In this document: positions 1 through 13,335 of the stretch, piece after piece
Position numbering within the stretch: the first letter of the stretch is position 1
Layout: every line of letters starts with the position of its first letter
Assembly (NCBI GenBank): GCA_963514005.1
Contig: OY740795.1
Location: 18,166,001-18,230,000 of the forward strand
DNA from: Raja brachyura
Lineage: Eukaryota
Length of the DNA: 64,000 nt
Direction: 5' to 3'
Position numbers and translations under genes: made by a program
Notes under the pieces: model-generated
Database searches by the model: none
What the model was told of the DNA's origin: nothing
The model's input: only the letters and a program-made list of their open reading frames with translations

Positions 1-1039
1 TTTTAAATTCCTATCATACTAGATGACCTAGCATTTTCCAGAACTACGTTCGCCCATTCATTATCATGTTTATATCACCCTGAAGGCTAATCCTTCTCAC
101 AGTTCCCATTATCTCAGAGAGGTTTGAGAGTAATTACCATACCATGTCCATACACACATCTTTCCATTGATGGCCTCCATGTGGAGCTCTTATTGACCTC
201 AGCAGGATCTCAAGCCATGTGCGGTCTGTCTCTTTGCACAATCGCTAATATTGTAAGGACACATCGTGCTGGAGGACCCAGCAGGTCAGGCAATATCTCT
301 GGAGAACATGGATATGTGACGTTTTGGGTCGAGACGCTTCTTCAGGCTGTATTCTTAAATCAGGATTATAACAGCTCATCACGTTGGTTCTTGGATGGGC
401 CAACATGATGGCCCTGAACTGTGTAAGGGATCCAAGGTGTGCCCAGGAATTTGGTCCTGGGTCAGGAATTCAAGGTCATGGGTCACTCTGCCACAACTTC
501 TCATGGATAGTTACAGTCATGTTGCCAGCTACCTCTATCTTTGTGAAGATGAAGAAGGATAATGCTTGCCGGTCATAGTTGGGATGTTTGATTATGTTAC
601 TTCAATACCACGGCAGTGGTGGAGTCTGATGTTAAACGTTCAAACATAAGGCAATGGCAAAAATCACCATTGACTTGAGGTGACTACATATTCAGCAACT
701 GTGGATGGGGTAGACAGGTGAAAAGAGAGCTACGGATGTGTTTTTTGGCAGTGACAACGTTTGCAAAGATTTGTAAAGGGTAATGGAACCCGTTGTGCTG
801 ACATAAGACAGGTAGATGGTCAACAGTGGGAATGAAGTCTGGGTGAAAAAACAAGTCCCTGAAATCCTTGCGCTTGAAGTAGTGGGTATAAAGGGAAGAG
901 GCAGGAGAAGAAGAGATTTTAAGAAATAGTATTGGATAAAAGAAACCAAGAATATCCTTATTCTAAGGTAGAGAAGTGGGCCATGGATTGGGCAGAGGAG
1001 ATTGATGTCTGATATTACTTGACTTGGTCTAAGTCATGT

Positions 1040-1275
1040 CTAACCTTCACCATCTTAGGCTTTCCCTTGGGTAGCAGGACGGCTGGTTCTGTGCATTCTG
1101 AATTGGCTGATCAGGCTAATGTGAGACCTGCAGACGATGCCACAGTGAGGTGGGACATGCTTGGCAGGTGTGGGTGGGTGGTGTGGGAGCTGGTGCGGGG
1201 CTTCTATCTGCTCCAGACCAAGGGACCCGACGTTATCGACGCCGTCCTGAATGCTCACCCATTCTGAGCAGTCGT
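1040..1275 (-). mobile_element. RTE-clade LINE 3' end (degraded)
   Basis: Minus ORF contains PHCGIVCRSHISLISQFRMH, a decayed form of the C-terminal C2H2-like motif of RTE ORFs. Confidence 0.6.
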
Positions 1276-3277
1276 GCGTTGAATAAACTTTGACTGTGCT
1301 GTTTTTTGAACTCGCGTAGCGTACTAAAAAATAATTCTATGCAATTAGACAAAGAGTGACCCCCTACAAATAAACAGCAACATAATGAGTATTGTATCTT
1401 AAATGCTGAGTGACGTGTGCAGTTACAGTGAACTGTAATACCTTTGAAACTAATACAATTTGATAAAGCGACCTTAAATAAACAGACTCCATACATTGAT
1501 GCTGTGAATCGCCTGAATACAGAGTAAATCTGTAAACCTACACAGAATCTGTAAACTTGCAAAGAAAAACCGTTAACCTGCTACATAACCTTTGTGCAGT
1601 TGTACGATATACAAATCGCACCCTTTTCACTAGCCTATTTTAAAAGCAATTCACGCATTTCAGGTGCTGTTTCATGAGTCACTAATTCTGCCTCCATGTG
1701 GTGAATTGTTCTATTTGCCAATCAGCAAAGGCAACTAATAAAATGAGCCAGGGATATCTCTGTCCAGTTATCAAAGGGAGGTTTATTTTCATTGATCAAA
1801 AATTGTAAAGAAGTTTGAACATTTTGGTCCTTTAGTGCTAAAATAAGTTTCTGGGATGCCTTAGTGCCTTTGTCTGGGGCTTGAGGTGAGGATTGCAGCA
1901 AAACCCTGGCTATGAAAGGTTGGGTTGGGGAGGGCTCAGTGTTGGTGGTCTGTTGGCCAATTTTAGTGCGGCAGGTTTTGTATGAATGGAAACTAAAAGC
2001 TATTAGTGTGTACGTGAGTGTGATGGTCCCCCAGGGGTAGTGAAAGGGGCTAGGTGGTGGGAACACAGCAGGTAGTGGCAGGAACAGGGGAGGGGGTCTT
2101 TCAGGTGATCCACAGCCTGTGTGGGATTGTGCAAACTGCTCCACCCCTGTATTGTGTTGTGTAATAAATGATTCAGGCCTGCTCAAGAGCAGTGTACCAA
2201 CTGGAGAAAGGCTAATTCCAATCTCTTCCCCCCTCCGAGCCCCTTCGTCACACCTCCCCTGCTCTTAACCATGTATCCAGCACTGGATTAGTGTTAACCC
2301 ATTCCATGATAGAACCTACATGCATGATTTGTGTAGATCCATTCTCGGTTTATTTTGTGCAGGAAGGAGCTGTAGATGCTGGTTTACAATGAAGATAGAT
2401 ACAAAATGCTGGAGTAACTCAGCGGGACAGGCAGCAACACTGGATACCCATTCCTTCTATCCAGAGATGATGCCTGTCCCGCCAAGTTACTCCAACATTT
2501 TGTGTCTATCTCGGGGTTTTTTTAACCTCCTGCATTAGAACTCTAATAATACAATACTTGCCAAAGTGCAGCTCGTTTCATACAGACATTATGGATAATG
2601 ATGGATGATCCACTGCTACTACCCCTTCTCCCTGTCCCTCGATCTCTGGTGGGTCCGAGGGCAAGGCTGACTTGAATAAAGCTGGCTGGTGCCTTTGCAA
2701 GGTCCAAAATTGATCTTGAGATGTACAGAGCAAGGGATATGGGGGGAAAAGCAGGAACGGGGTACTGATTTTAGATGATCAGCCCTGATCATATTGAATG
2801 GCGGTGCTGGCTCGAAGGGCTGAATGGCCTACTCCTGCATCTATTTTTCTATGTTTCTTTCTATGTTTCAATATTTCTAGAGCAGTAGTCCGAGGGTCTC
2901 CAATGTGGTGGGTGGGAGGTCAGGGCTGTTCTCGAGTTGGTGATGGGATGGTTCAGTTGCCTAATAACCACTGGGAAGTAAATGTTCTTGAATCTGAAGG
3001 TGTGCGTTTTTGCACTTTAGTACCTCTTGCCCAATGGGAGAGGGGCGAAGAGGGAGTGACCGTGGTGAGACTCATATTTGTTGTCCCCATGTCTCCTTTC
3101 CGTCTCGTATATATACTTTTGCACAATGGCCCCTGACACAAAATGTTATTGGGGTAAAGTGAGGATTACACACATCCACTCCAAATCAAGGGCTCTAGAA
3201 TACAGGAATAGGAAAATATATAATTTATTTTGATGCACCTTCTTGTTTGGTAAATGCTTGTACTTTCTCTTTTCTAG

Positions 3278-3343
3278 CTCTGTTTTGACCGGGACTGCTT
3301 GCTGTGGCCATGCCTCACCCTTACGGATCTGGGACCTTCAAAG
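3278..3343 (+). CDS. FBXW4: FBXW4 internal coding exon (66 nt)
   Basis: ttttctag|C...AG|gtaagg; translates SVLTGTACCGHASPLRIWDLQ, matching the FBXW4 motif TGTACCGHxSPLRIWDL. Confidence 0.93.
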
Positions 3344-5149
3344 GTAAGGGAACAAACCCCATGAATTTCACAGTTAGTGTCCTTGTGGTGTCACTGGAGC
3401 CCTCCTCTATTCAGAGGGTGGAAAGAACCTGCATTTGTTCAGCACCCTTCACAACCTTCAGTCATTCTAATGTGTCCTACAACCAGTCAGATACTTCTAA
3501 TGCACAATCGGCATGATGAGGAAACACAGTGGCCAGCTTAAGCACAAGGGGAAACTGCCGCAAACAGCAATGAGATGACAGTCAGGTTCCCTGTTACTAG
3601 GGTCCAGACCCTAAACGTCACCTATTCATGTTCTCCAGAGATGCTGCTTGGCCTGCTGAGTTACTCCAGCACCTTGTGTCCTTTAGTTGTAAACCAGCAT
3701 CTAATGTTCCTTATTTCTACACCTGTTATTAGAGTTGTTTGAGATACAAATATTGCTTGCAACTCGTGGGAGAACTCTGTTGCTGCTCTTTAGAAAGATC
3801 CATGGATCTTTAATGTTCACTTGGAGGTGAGAGGATCCCTTAGTTTAATATCTCATCTGAAAGAGCAACTCGGACAGTGCAGCATTCCTCCATTTTTGCC
3901 CGGTTTTCTGCCCAGAAACAGACCCTTAGAACTAACACATCGATGCCAAACATCCAGTACCCATCTACACCAAACCTCTTTGTCCAACACTTGGCCTTCG
4001 ATCCTTTTTGCCTTGATGATTCCAGTGCTCAACAAATGCTTCTTAACAGTTGTGAGAGTGCCTTCCACCACCACCCCTTTAGGCATTCCAAATTCCATAA
4101 CCTGTCTGGGTGAAAGAGAATATTTCTCGCCTTCTCTCTAAACCTCCTATCCTTACCTTAATCCTGTCCCTTTTGATTTCCAGCATCCCTGCTCTTTATG
4201 TCGTTCATAATTTGTATACATGGAACATGGACTATACGACGCAAGAATAGACTCTTTGGCCCACAGTATCTATAATCAGATTATCAACCCCCCACTAGCC
4301 TCCACAGAACACAAACCCAGCCTGACCAATGTCTCCTATAAAGAAAGATCCATCCTTATACTACAATCGTATACTTCCTATAGTGTTCCAGCCACAGTAT
4401 TCTGCACACAGTACTCCACCTGCACCCTAGCCAATATTTCATAAAATAGTAGCATATCTTCCTTTTCCTACAGTCTGTGCTCCAGTTAATGGAGGCGAGT
4501 ATTCTGTAATGGGAAGACTCATTTTGAGTATCTCCCACCTTATCTGTCGGTGCTGCCGCCTTCCGTGGTCCTTGGACTTGTACACCTAGATCCCTCTGTT
4601 CCTCAGTTCTCCCTCAGGATCTACCAGTCATTATGTGAAATATTATGAGTCCTCCCTTGCACTTATCCGGATTAAATTCCATCTGCTCTTCTTATCAACT
4701 GATCAATAGCATGTTGTCACCTAAGACAACCCTCCTCACTAACAACACCATTGATTTTCCATGCTGTCTACAAACTTGATAATCATACCTCCCAAATTTG
4801 CATCTAAATCATCAGTGTATGTCACAAACAGTAAACATCACAGCACCGATCCTATGCTACACCACTAGACGCAGGCTTTCAATCGCTCCTATTACCGTGG
4901 CAATTAAATTTGGCTACAACTTGCCAACTTGTCCTGAAAGGGGATTTGAACCATCAACTTTATGACTCGAAAACAAGAATGCAGCCCACTTAGGGCAGCA
5001 CAGTGGTTGAGTGGCCGCCTTACTGCGCCAGAGACCCGGTCTCGATCCTTACGACGGGTGCTGCCCGTACAGAGTTTGTACATTCTCCTTGTGACCATGT
5101 GGGTTTTTTCCGGGGGCTCCCATTGCCTCCAACACTTCCAAGATGTAGG

Positions 5150-6030
5150 TCAAGTCAAGTTTATTCATCACATACACATACGGGATGTGCAGTAAAATGA
5201 AAAGTGGCAGTGCTCGCGTACTTTGAGCAAAAAACAAACAAACAAACAAACTATAAACAAAATGGAACAGAATCATGAAATGTTCTTTTTCATATTAAAT
5301 ATTGTGGGCGGTATTGTGGTACAGTAATTTAGTAGAGTTAGTCCCTGGTGAGATAGGAGTTTACAGTCCGAATGGCCTCTGGGAAGAAACTCCTTCTCAT
5401 CCTCTCCGTTCTCACAGCACGGCAACGGAGGCGTTTGCCTGACCGTAAGAGCTGGAACAGTCCGTTGCAGGGGTGGAAGGGGTCTCCCATTATCTTATTG
5501 GCTCTGGAGTTGCACCTCCTGATATATAGTTCCTGCAGAGGGGCGAGAGAAGTTCCCATAGTGCATTCGGCCGAACGCACTACTCTCTGCAGAGCAATTC
5601 CCAAACCAGATTGTAATGTTTCCGGACAAGATGCTTACCACAGCCGCAGAGTAGAAGCACTGGAGGATCCTCGGAGACACTCTGAATTTCCTCGATTGAC
5701 TGAGGTGGTAAAGGCGCTGCCTTGCCTTACTCACGAGTGCTGCAGCGTGCGATGTCCTTGTCATATCCTCAGAGATGTGGACTCCCAGGTATTTAAAACA
5801 GCTCACCCTATCCACAGTATCCCCATTTATCCTCAATGGTGTGTACATCCTCAGATGTTGTGCCCTCCTAAAGTCCACGATCAGCTCCTGAGTTTTTTTG
5901 ATGTTCAAGAGGAGGCTGTTGTCCTGACACCAGAGTGCCAGATCAGCTACCTCCTCCCGGTAGGCCTTCTCATCGTTGTCTGAGATCAGGCCCACCACCA
6001 CGGTGTCATCAGCAAACTTGATTATCGAGT
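5150..6030 (-). mobile_element. Rex1/Babar LINE, 5'-truncated, inserted into a V-SINE
   Basis: RT C-terminal peptide (K)FADDTVVVGLISDNDEKAYREEV...FKYLGVHI...KARQRLY with a frameshift; 3' tail AATAAACTTGACTTG; SINE halves at ~4992-5150 and ~6030-6140. Confidence 0.85.
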
Positions 6031-9000
6031 TTTATCGAATTGGCCCTAGTGTGTAGGATAGTGCTAGTGTATGGGGTGATTGCTGGTCGGCGTGGACTAA
6101 GTGGTCTGAAAGGCCTGTTGCCACGGTGTTTCTCTAATGTGTAAAGTCACTTAAAAACCCTGAGGAAGAGACTAATTCAGCGTTTTGTATTAAGGAGATA
6201 GGGAAGAATGAGCAGAGAGGGTGTTGATTAACCTTGGACACCAATGCAATGAGGAAGAAGAGCATGCAGGGAGTTGTTATGAAGAGAGGGATTGGCGACC
6301 TCTAACCATTCCTGTGACAACCACCTCTATATCAGGTGTAGGTAGTAATATTATGAAGCTGTACACTTGAGGGGTCAGTAAACAATGCCAGTGATTTTAA
6401 ATGTGAAGGAAATTTATAGGCCTGTTTTCATTGCAGTGGAGTGATAGCTCAATGCAGCTGGGGAGCCTGAATCTGCCCGAGTAACAAAGCTGTATTAGTC
6501 AGGATTAGCAACACGGATAGACAGGGTTTGAGTTTATCTAGTGAAGAGGCAAGCACAGGCAATTGAAGGAGATTAGTCTTGTCTAGTAGTTTAATTTCTC
6601 TTTTAACTGGCAATCGCTCTTCATTTGACTGGCAGCTTGTGCAAGTGGTTTAGTGTCGAGCCTGCTGAGAAGGGCAAGAAGTAACAGATCTATTTGTAAT
6701 AGACAGGTGTCACGTTTAGGTGTTGAGTGAGGCTGTTCAAAGGCTCTGACAGATGATGTGGCCTTTTTCTCTTTTTTTGATTTGGCTTTCTGTGTTCTCC
6801 CACTGTCTATCCATAAATTGCTTGCATTTCCTTTTCTTTTCACACCCTTTATTGTAATACTTTTTGGTTCTAAGTCTTAATAATGTTTTTATTTTCTCAC
6901 GTCTAGCAATTTGTCTTTATATTTGTCACTCTTTTTCTGATTTGCTTTATATTTCGCTCTTTATTCATTCATTCTTTCTTTCATCATGGCTTTTCAATTA
7001 TTCAACCTGGTAAAATCATACAGCAGACCTCGCCTCGGCAGGGCACAAAAGAGTTGCCACGTTTCTGCACCGACAGTCACTAAATGTTCATCGAACATAG
7101 AACATTCTTCCTCTTGGATTCTCTGCTCCTATTTGTTTGCTGGCCTCACATTTAACTGTTAAATGAAAGATAGACACAAAATGCTGGAGTAACTCAGCAT
7201 CTCTGGAGAGAAGGAATGGGTGATGTTTCAGGTCGAGACCCCTCTTCAGATTCGATCTGCCATTTTTCACAACAGTCCGATCTGCCATAAAATGATATAT
7301 CCCTCATTTGTCAGGTATTTAGCTCCTGTCAGGGGTATTGCTCTGCAAAAATTGTTTAATGTGTTTTTTGCAATGCTGGGCTCACATTTAAAATTAAACA
7401 TTTTATTAGCTGAAAAATTACAATTGGGCATCCTGAAAGGGGTTCATAAGGAGCTGCAGAAATCGATATAAAGGCTGAATTGTAAGTCTTCTCTCTTTTA
7501 CTGTATTTAGCGGGTCAGTGAGAAACATTGAAATAGGTAGATAGGATAGGTTTAGAGGGATATGGGACAAATGCAGGCAGGTGGGACTAGTGTAGATGGG
7601 ACATGTTGGTTGGGCTGAGCAAGTTTGGCAAGGGCCTGTTTCCATGCTATATGACTGACTCTAAATGGGTGGGTGCTGTTTTTCTTTCAAAGAATCAACA
7701 ATAGTAGTTCAGTGAGTCCCTTGAATCTTTCCCATCCTTCACTACTATGATTAATACTTTGCCTCAATTTCCCACTTAATCCCCATATTCTTTGATTTCC
7801 CCAATTTGACTACCTGCCTCTCTGGATTGGAGAAAGCCAAACACTCACAGCACGCTGAGTTAATAAATATTTCCCCATCTCCGTCTTAAGTGGCTGACTA
7901 TCCTGAGACTATGCCTCTTGTTCTAAACTTGCCATCAAGAGAAATAGCCAGTCAAAATATACCCTTTTTATGCCTCTAAGAATTTGTTTACCTTTCATTA
8001 AAATCACTCATTCCTCTAATGTCAGGAAAGTACTTTAAGGAAACATTCAAGGCTGCGCTTAGTTCATTCATATGGTCCGACCATGGTGGCTTATCAATAA
8101 CAAAGCGAGTTTGAAGTGAGCAAGTCCGTAACCAGCTATTTCTGCATAGTAAATGTATGCACTGTGCCTACTGTGACATGCCAATATTATTGTCAACCTA
8201 TATATACCACCCTTGCATATTGGTTTATTGTCAGGTGTACCAAGGTACAGTGAAAAGCTTTTTTTTTGCTTGCTACCTAGTTTGTTGTGTGCTAACATTA
8301 TGGGTTACATCCCAGACTTGGGTATTGAAAGAAAATAATAATTATCAATCATTTTTATATGAAACTACAATTGATCTGGATAAATAATTGTGGACTAAAT
8401 AGGAATATCACGTGATTTTTGTATATGTATTAATACATCTCTGGGATTTAGTTCAAGTCTAAAATCAAATCGAGCGATTCAGGTGGTTTATATACGGAAG
8501 TGAATTCAAAAGTTTGTGGTCTAATCAAAATGTTTAGGTAGTTCATACACTGAATTATTACAGATACCTGAGGTATAAGTTGTTGCTGTGCTTAGTTTGG
8601 TCAGTGAAGATAATGGAAGGATCTGGAAGTTTGGATTTATCTTTTTTTTTCCCCTTGTGGGGGCCAGATGGGCTGCTGTGAAACAGATGTTTTGCTTTCA
8701 TCCTTTTATCTTCTGTGTGTGTAATCATGTATGTTTTGTCAAAGTACAAAGTAGCCCTGGTACAGGTTTACCTTTGTGAGCCATTGTGATGGCAAATGTC
8801 TTGTGTGTGATTGTGTGTGTTTTCTCCCACATATAGGGGCCACCTCGGCCTCCCCTTTTTTTTGTGTATCTTCCATTATCTGAAGCTTTTTCTCTGCATG
8901 TCGTGCTATTGAAGCTCGTGCCCGGGCTTGCGATGCAGGTTCCCACCATTCAAGACAGAACGTCAGGTGTTCGGGAAAGGGAGAGCCCTTTGAAGTAAAC

Positions 9001-9738
9001 CGCTGAAGTCAGCACCAATCAAGGAATAAACACAAGCTGCACTGAGAGGCAACAGAACCTGCCTCAGACTGGACGACAGCTGGACCTGCCTGCAACCTCA
9101 CTACAGTCCAGCAGAAAAATAATCTTTTTTTTTTCCTCTTTCTCCTTTTGTTGTCCATCTTCCCCTAGAGGTCAACGTTTGCCAGTTTGACCCAATGTCC
9201 AGCATTGTTTTGTATAGTTTAGTTTAGTCTACTTTATAGTCACGTGCACCGAGGTACAGCAAAAAGCTTTTTAGTTGCATCCTACCCAGTCAGTGGAAAG
9301 ACTATATGCATGATTACAATCACGCCGTCAGTGTACAGATACAGGATAAAGGAAATAACGTTTAGTGGAAGATAATGTCTTGTAAAGTCCAGCATTGTGT
9401 TAATGCTGGCTGGCTGAGTATAGATTATGAATGTTGATATATTACCCCCCCCCCCCCCCCAGAATCTGCCCTTATCTGGCAATAATATGCCCTTGCGGTC
9501 AGTATAACCTTTCACTGATCGCACCGAGTCCAACGGAGACCTGTTAACCAAGCACAGACTGAGACTTGAAGTCACGTCTGACCTGCCTCTAGGCTTGGCG
9601 TGGTATTGTGCTGTTGCCCCTGTAGGCAGCTTTTTATTGATAAACATTGTGTTAGGTGAGGTGTTTGAAAAATACATCAAAAGTAATAAACACACCTTTA
9701 CATTTTCCCCGCTGGGCTGTTTATAACTAGAGTAATGG

Positions 9739-9945
9739 ACACCTGGCAGTGTGTTATAGTCTGGAATCTAATCAAGGTGTTTGGGAAGTTTACATGTAGA
9801 ATGGTGGATACCTCTGTGTGAGTTACAGGGTACAGTGTAATTGAAGGGTTCAGGGGCTTCAATTATTGAATAACATACCTGGAAGTGAATTACAGGATGG
9901 AATCTAATAGAGGGACTCAGGTGGTTTGTGCATAGAAAAGCAGAT
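9739..9945 (+). repeat. Degenerate ~68-bp tandem repeat (3 units)
   Basis: Units start at 9739, 9808 and 9875 with A(C/T)ACCT...G(A/T)GTTACAG...GGAATCTAAT...GG...TTT; related units at ~8435-8580. Confidence 0.55.
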
Positions 9946-10597
9946 TGGATTTGGGACTGGACACTTCTGTACGCTTGAAATTAGTTCAGTGGGATAGTTT
10001 ATGCTATGAGGAAAGATCAAGTAAGACTTGAGTCTGTACTCACTGCAATGTAGAAAGTAGAGGGTATCCAACTAAAGACTCTCAAGGGAGTGACAGGGTA
10101 GCTATTTCAGAGGATATTTCTTCAATGCATAACATTGCAAATGTTCAGACTGGTTCATTTTCGCATGTGCAAGATCCACCGAGAATTCATAGAGTCACAC
10201 AGCATAGAAACAAGCCCTCTAGCCCAACTTGTCCATGCTGTCCAAGGTGTCTCTCTAAGCTAGTCCCATGTGCATGCGTTTAGTTTATATCCCTCCAAAT
10301 CGTTCTCTCCATGTACCTGCCCACCTGTCTTTTAAACACTGTTATAGTACCTGCCTCAACTATCTTTAGCTGCTCGTTCCATATAACCATCATCTTCTGT
10401 GTGTTAAAGTAGCCCCTCAGTTTTCTATGAAATGTTGCCTCTTCACCTTAAACGTATGTGCTCTGGTTCTTGATTCCCCTAGCCTGGGTACAAGACTTTG
10501 CGTTCAGCCTATCTATTTCCCTCGTGATTTTACACATCCCAATAAAATCAATGCATTTTTGTAAGATTAAATATAAGATCTGATTTTTGGAAATTAA

Positions 10598-10905
10598 AGG
10601 GCCTGTCCCACTGTACGAGGTAATTCAAGAGTTCTCCCGAGTTTCCCCAGATTCGAGCTCGGGGAATTACATTAATAGCTGCTCGTAGGTACTCGGGGCT
10701 CTCGTGGACATTTTTCAACATGTTGAAAAATCTTCACGAGTCTACCGCATTTCCCGAGTACCTGCCGTTAGCGTTACGAGCCACTAAGAGACGTCCCAAG
10801 CTCCGACGTACCCGCTACGTACATTCAACGTACCTACCACGAGTTTGATTTTTTTTTTAAACTCGGGAGAGCTCTTGAATTACCTCGTACAGTGGGACAG
10901 GCCCT
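10598..10905. mobile_element. PIF/Harbinger-type MITE (308 bp)
   Basis: 47-bp TIRs AGGGCCTGTCCCACTGTACGAGG... with 1 mismatch; TAA target duplication at 10595-10597 and 10906-10908. Confidence 0.9.
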
Positions 10906-11454
10906 TAAAGGATTTAATAAAAAAATAAATAAGTGTAGTATCAGCCGTGTTACTGAATAGCAGAGCATGCTTGAGAGACATCTGGGACTGCTCTCACTGT
11001 TATATTGTGTTCTTCTGTGACCTAGGGATAAATATTTTTTTTATTTAGAATATCCCATACCTGGGGTGAGCGGGATGGAGGGGTTTGAATGATTAATTAA
11101 TAAACAATATTCAGGAATGATGTGTCACAGTGGTAGAATTGCTGCCTTAATGTGCCAGAGACCCGAGTTCATGTTCATAAGTCTAGGAGCAGAATTAGGC
11201 CATTTGGCCTGACTAAGGATGCTGTCTGTGTGGATTTTGTACGTTCTCCCTGGGACCACGTGAGTTTTCACCGGGTGCTCCAGTTTCCTCCCACTCTCCA
11301 GAGATGTACAAGTTTGTAGGTTTATTGGCTTCTGTAAATTGTCCCTAGTGCGTAGGATAGTGTTAGTGTACTGGGTGATCGCTGGTCGGCTTGGACCGTT
11401 TCCGTGCCGTATCTCTAAAGTTGAAAGTCTACGGAAAGTGCTAAATGTAGTGTA

Positions 11455-11565
11455 GGAAGGAACTGCAGATGCCGGTTTAAATTGAATATAGACATGAAAT
11501 GCTGGAGTCATCTCTGGAGGGAAGGAATGGGTGACGTTTCGGGTCGAGACCCTTCTTCAGACTGA
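11455..11565 (-). mobile_element. Penelope-derived pLTR-like repeat with intact hammerhead-like core (core 11533-11560)
   Basis: Minus strand reads CTGAAGAAGGGTCTCGACCCGAAACGTC. Confidence 0.7.
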
Positions 11566-12689
11566 TGAATGTGCTAAATGTAGTGTTAAACATTGTTTGG
11601 TCGAGGATAAACATCAAATGTGATGGGCTGGATCACTTCAATCCCCTTGTTTGCAACACTCTGCCAGCTCTAGTAGCTTGTGGTATGACTGGGATTCCTT
11701 GATGTGGCATGGTCTCCAACGTGGGATCTTTTGATGTGATCTCACCCTCATCCTCGGTGAACAATTTTGTAAACTCTGCTCTTTGCCAAACTGGAAGTTT
11801 GCTTTCTCTTTATCTACTGAAAGCTTTGCAGAGATGGGATGGGGAACCACATCAAAGAAGACATCTTGTTACTGACCGCAATGATTCGGAAGTGTACAGA
11901 CCCACCTGGCAAAGATACCAAAGCTCAGATGGTGCCTGGTATTGCACTTTCTGACAACACTGACCTTTCAAAGCTCCCTCTGCCACCTCATTAGGTTGGA
12001 CCGGATTGCACTTCAGTCAATGTCGTCTTAGCCCTAACCGGACTAAATCAAGGGCCCTGTGCGGTAACAGATCGGGATGATTAAGAAGACTTGGGATTCA
12101 GGGTGAGTTAACAAAGTGGATACCATAGTTTGGTGAAAAGAGGCAGAGCGTGGTAGTGAAGGTACCTGATTGTTTTTCAGGTAGAGGCCAGCGACCAGTA
12201 GTGTGCCACAGGGATCAGTGCTGGGTCTTCCATCATTTGTCACACATGTTAGTGATTTGGATGGGAACATAGGTAGCATGATTAGTAAGTTTGAAGATGA
12301 CATCAAAATTGAGGCAGGACAGTCTATGGTTACCATAAGATGTAGATTAATCACGCCCATTTCCCCCCTCCCGCTCTCCTTACATTTACGTTCCCCTCCA
12401 CTGTCTTCACAATTTACAACTATTCTATCTTTATCTCACACCTTCGTCTTTTTATCTCTAGCCTTTGTCCAACCATCTGCTTTGTCCTGCCCCTCCTCTC
12501 CTCAAGCTTTCTTCCATCCCACCCAAATCTGAAGAAGGGTCTCAGCCTGAAATGTCACCTATCCATGTTCTCAAGGGATGCTGCCTGACGCGCTGAGTTA
12601 CTCCAACACTCTGTGCCTTATTTGGAAGCCAGCATCTACAGTTCCTTGTTTCTACAATAGGAAAGTTAGTTGTTGACTTTTTCAAATAT

Positions 12690-13335
12690 CCTATTCTATG
12701 CCAAGAGGCTTCTGGAATTAAGTTATGAATCTCTGTAGACCAGCAGTTTTGTTTGAGCCTTTAGGTTTCGGTCTTCAAAGACTCTTTTCCTGAGTCTGGC
12801 TTAGGCTCCGCTGGCACAACTTGGGCGACGGTTAACCTCAGAGTTGATGTCAGCTTTTGAGGAAAGAAAATCCTGCTAAGGTTGGGGAAGTGGTCAATGT
12901 TTTCAAGAGTGGTGTCTCCCACTTTTATAGTGGGCTGGGTAGACGGCTGGTTGGGTGGAGGTTGATGTAGAACCTGGGTCCTCTTGATATTTAAGGCTAG
13001 GCCCATGGCTCTGTATGCATTGGCAAAGGCATTCAGGATGCCCTGAAGGTCTTCTGCAGAGTGTGCTGCAATGGCGCAGTCGTCCGCGTACTGAAGCTCC
13101 GTGATGGCAGTGTTACTGACTTTGCTCTTGGCCTTCAACCTATTAAGGTTGAAGAGCCCACCATCAGTTCTGTAGAGGATTGGGATCCCCTGTGGCAGCT
13201 CATCACCAATGAGGTGAAATATGGCAGCAATGAAGACGACAAACAGGGTGGGTGTGATGATGCATCCCTGTTTGACCCCCGCTTCCACAGTGAAAGGCTG
13301 CTGAGCATTTGTATAATGCTTGTATATCATTGTGA
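12690..13335 (-). mobile_element. RTE-clade LINE reverse-transcriptase fragment
   Basis: GVKQGCIITPTLF...YRTDGGLFNLNRLKAK...ELQYADDCA, typical of RTE/BovB-like RT. Confidence 0.88.

Noticed and set aside
1722-2186. 154-aa minus-strand ORF
   Set aside because: Non-ATG start, no recognisable domain, no convincing splice signals
1-3277. Further FBXW4 exons
   Set aside because: No segment with splice sites translates to F-box or earlier WD40 sequence
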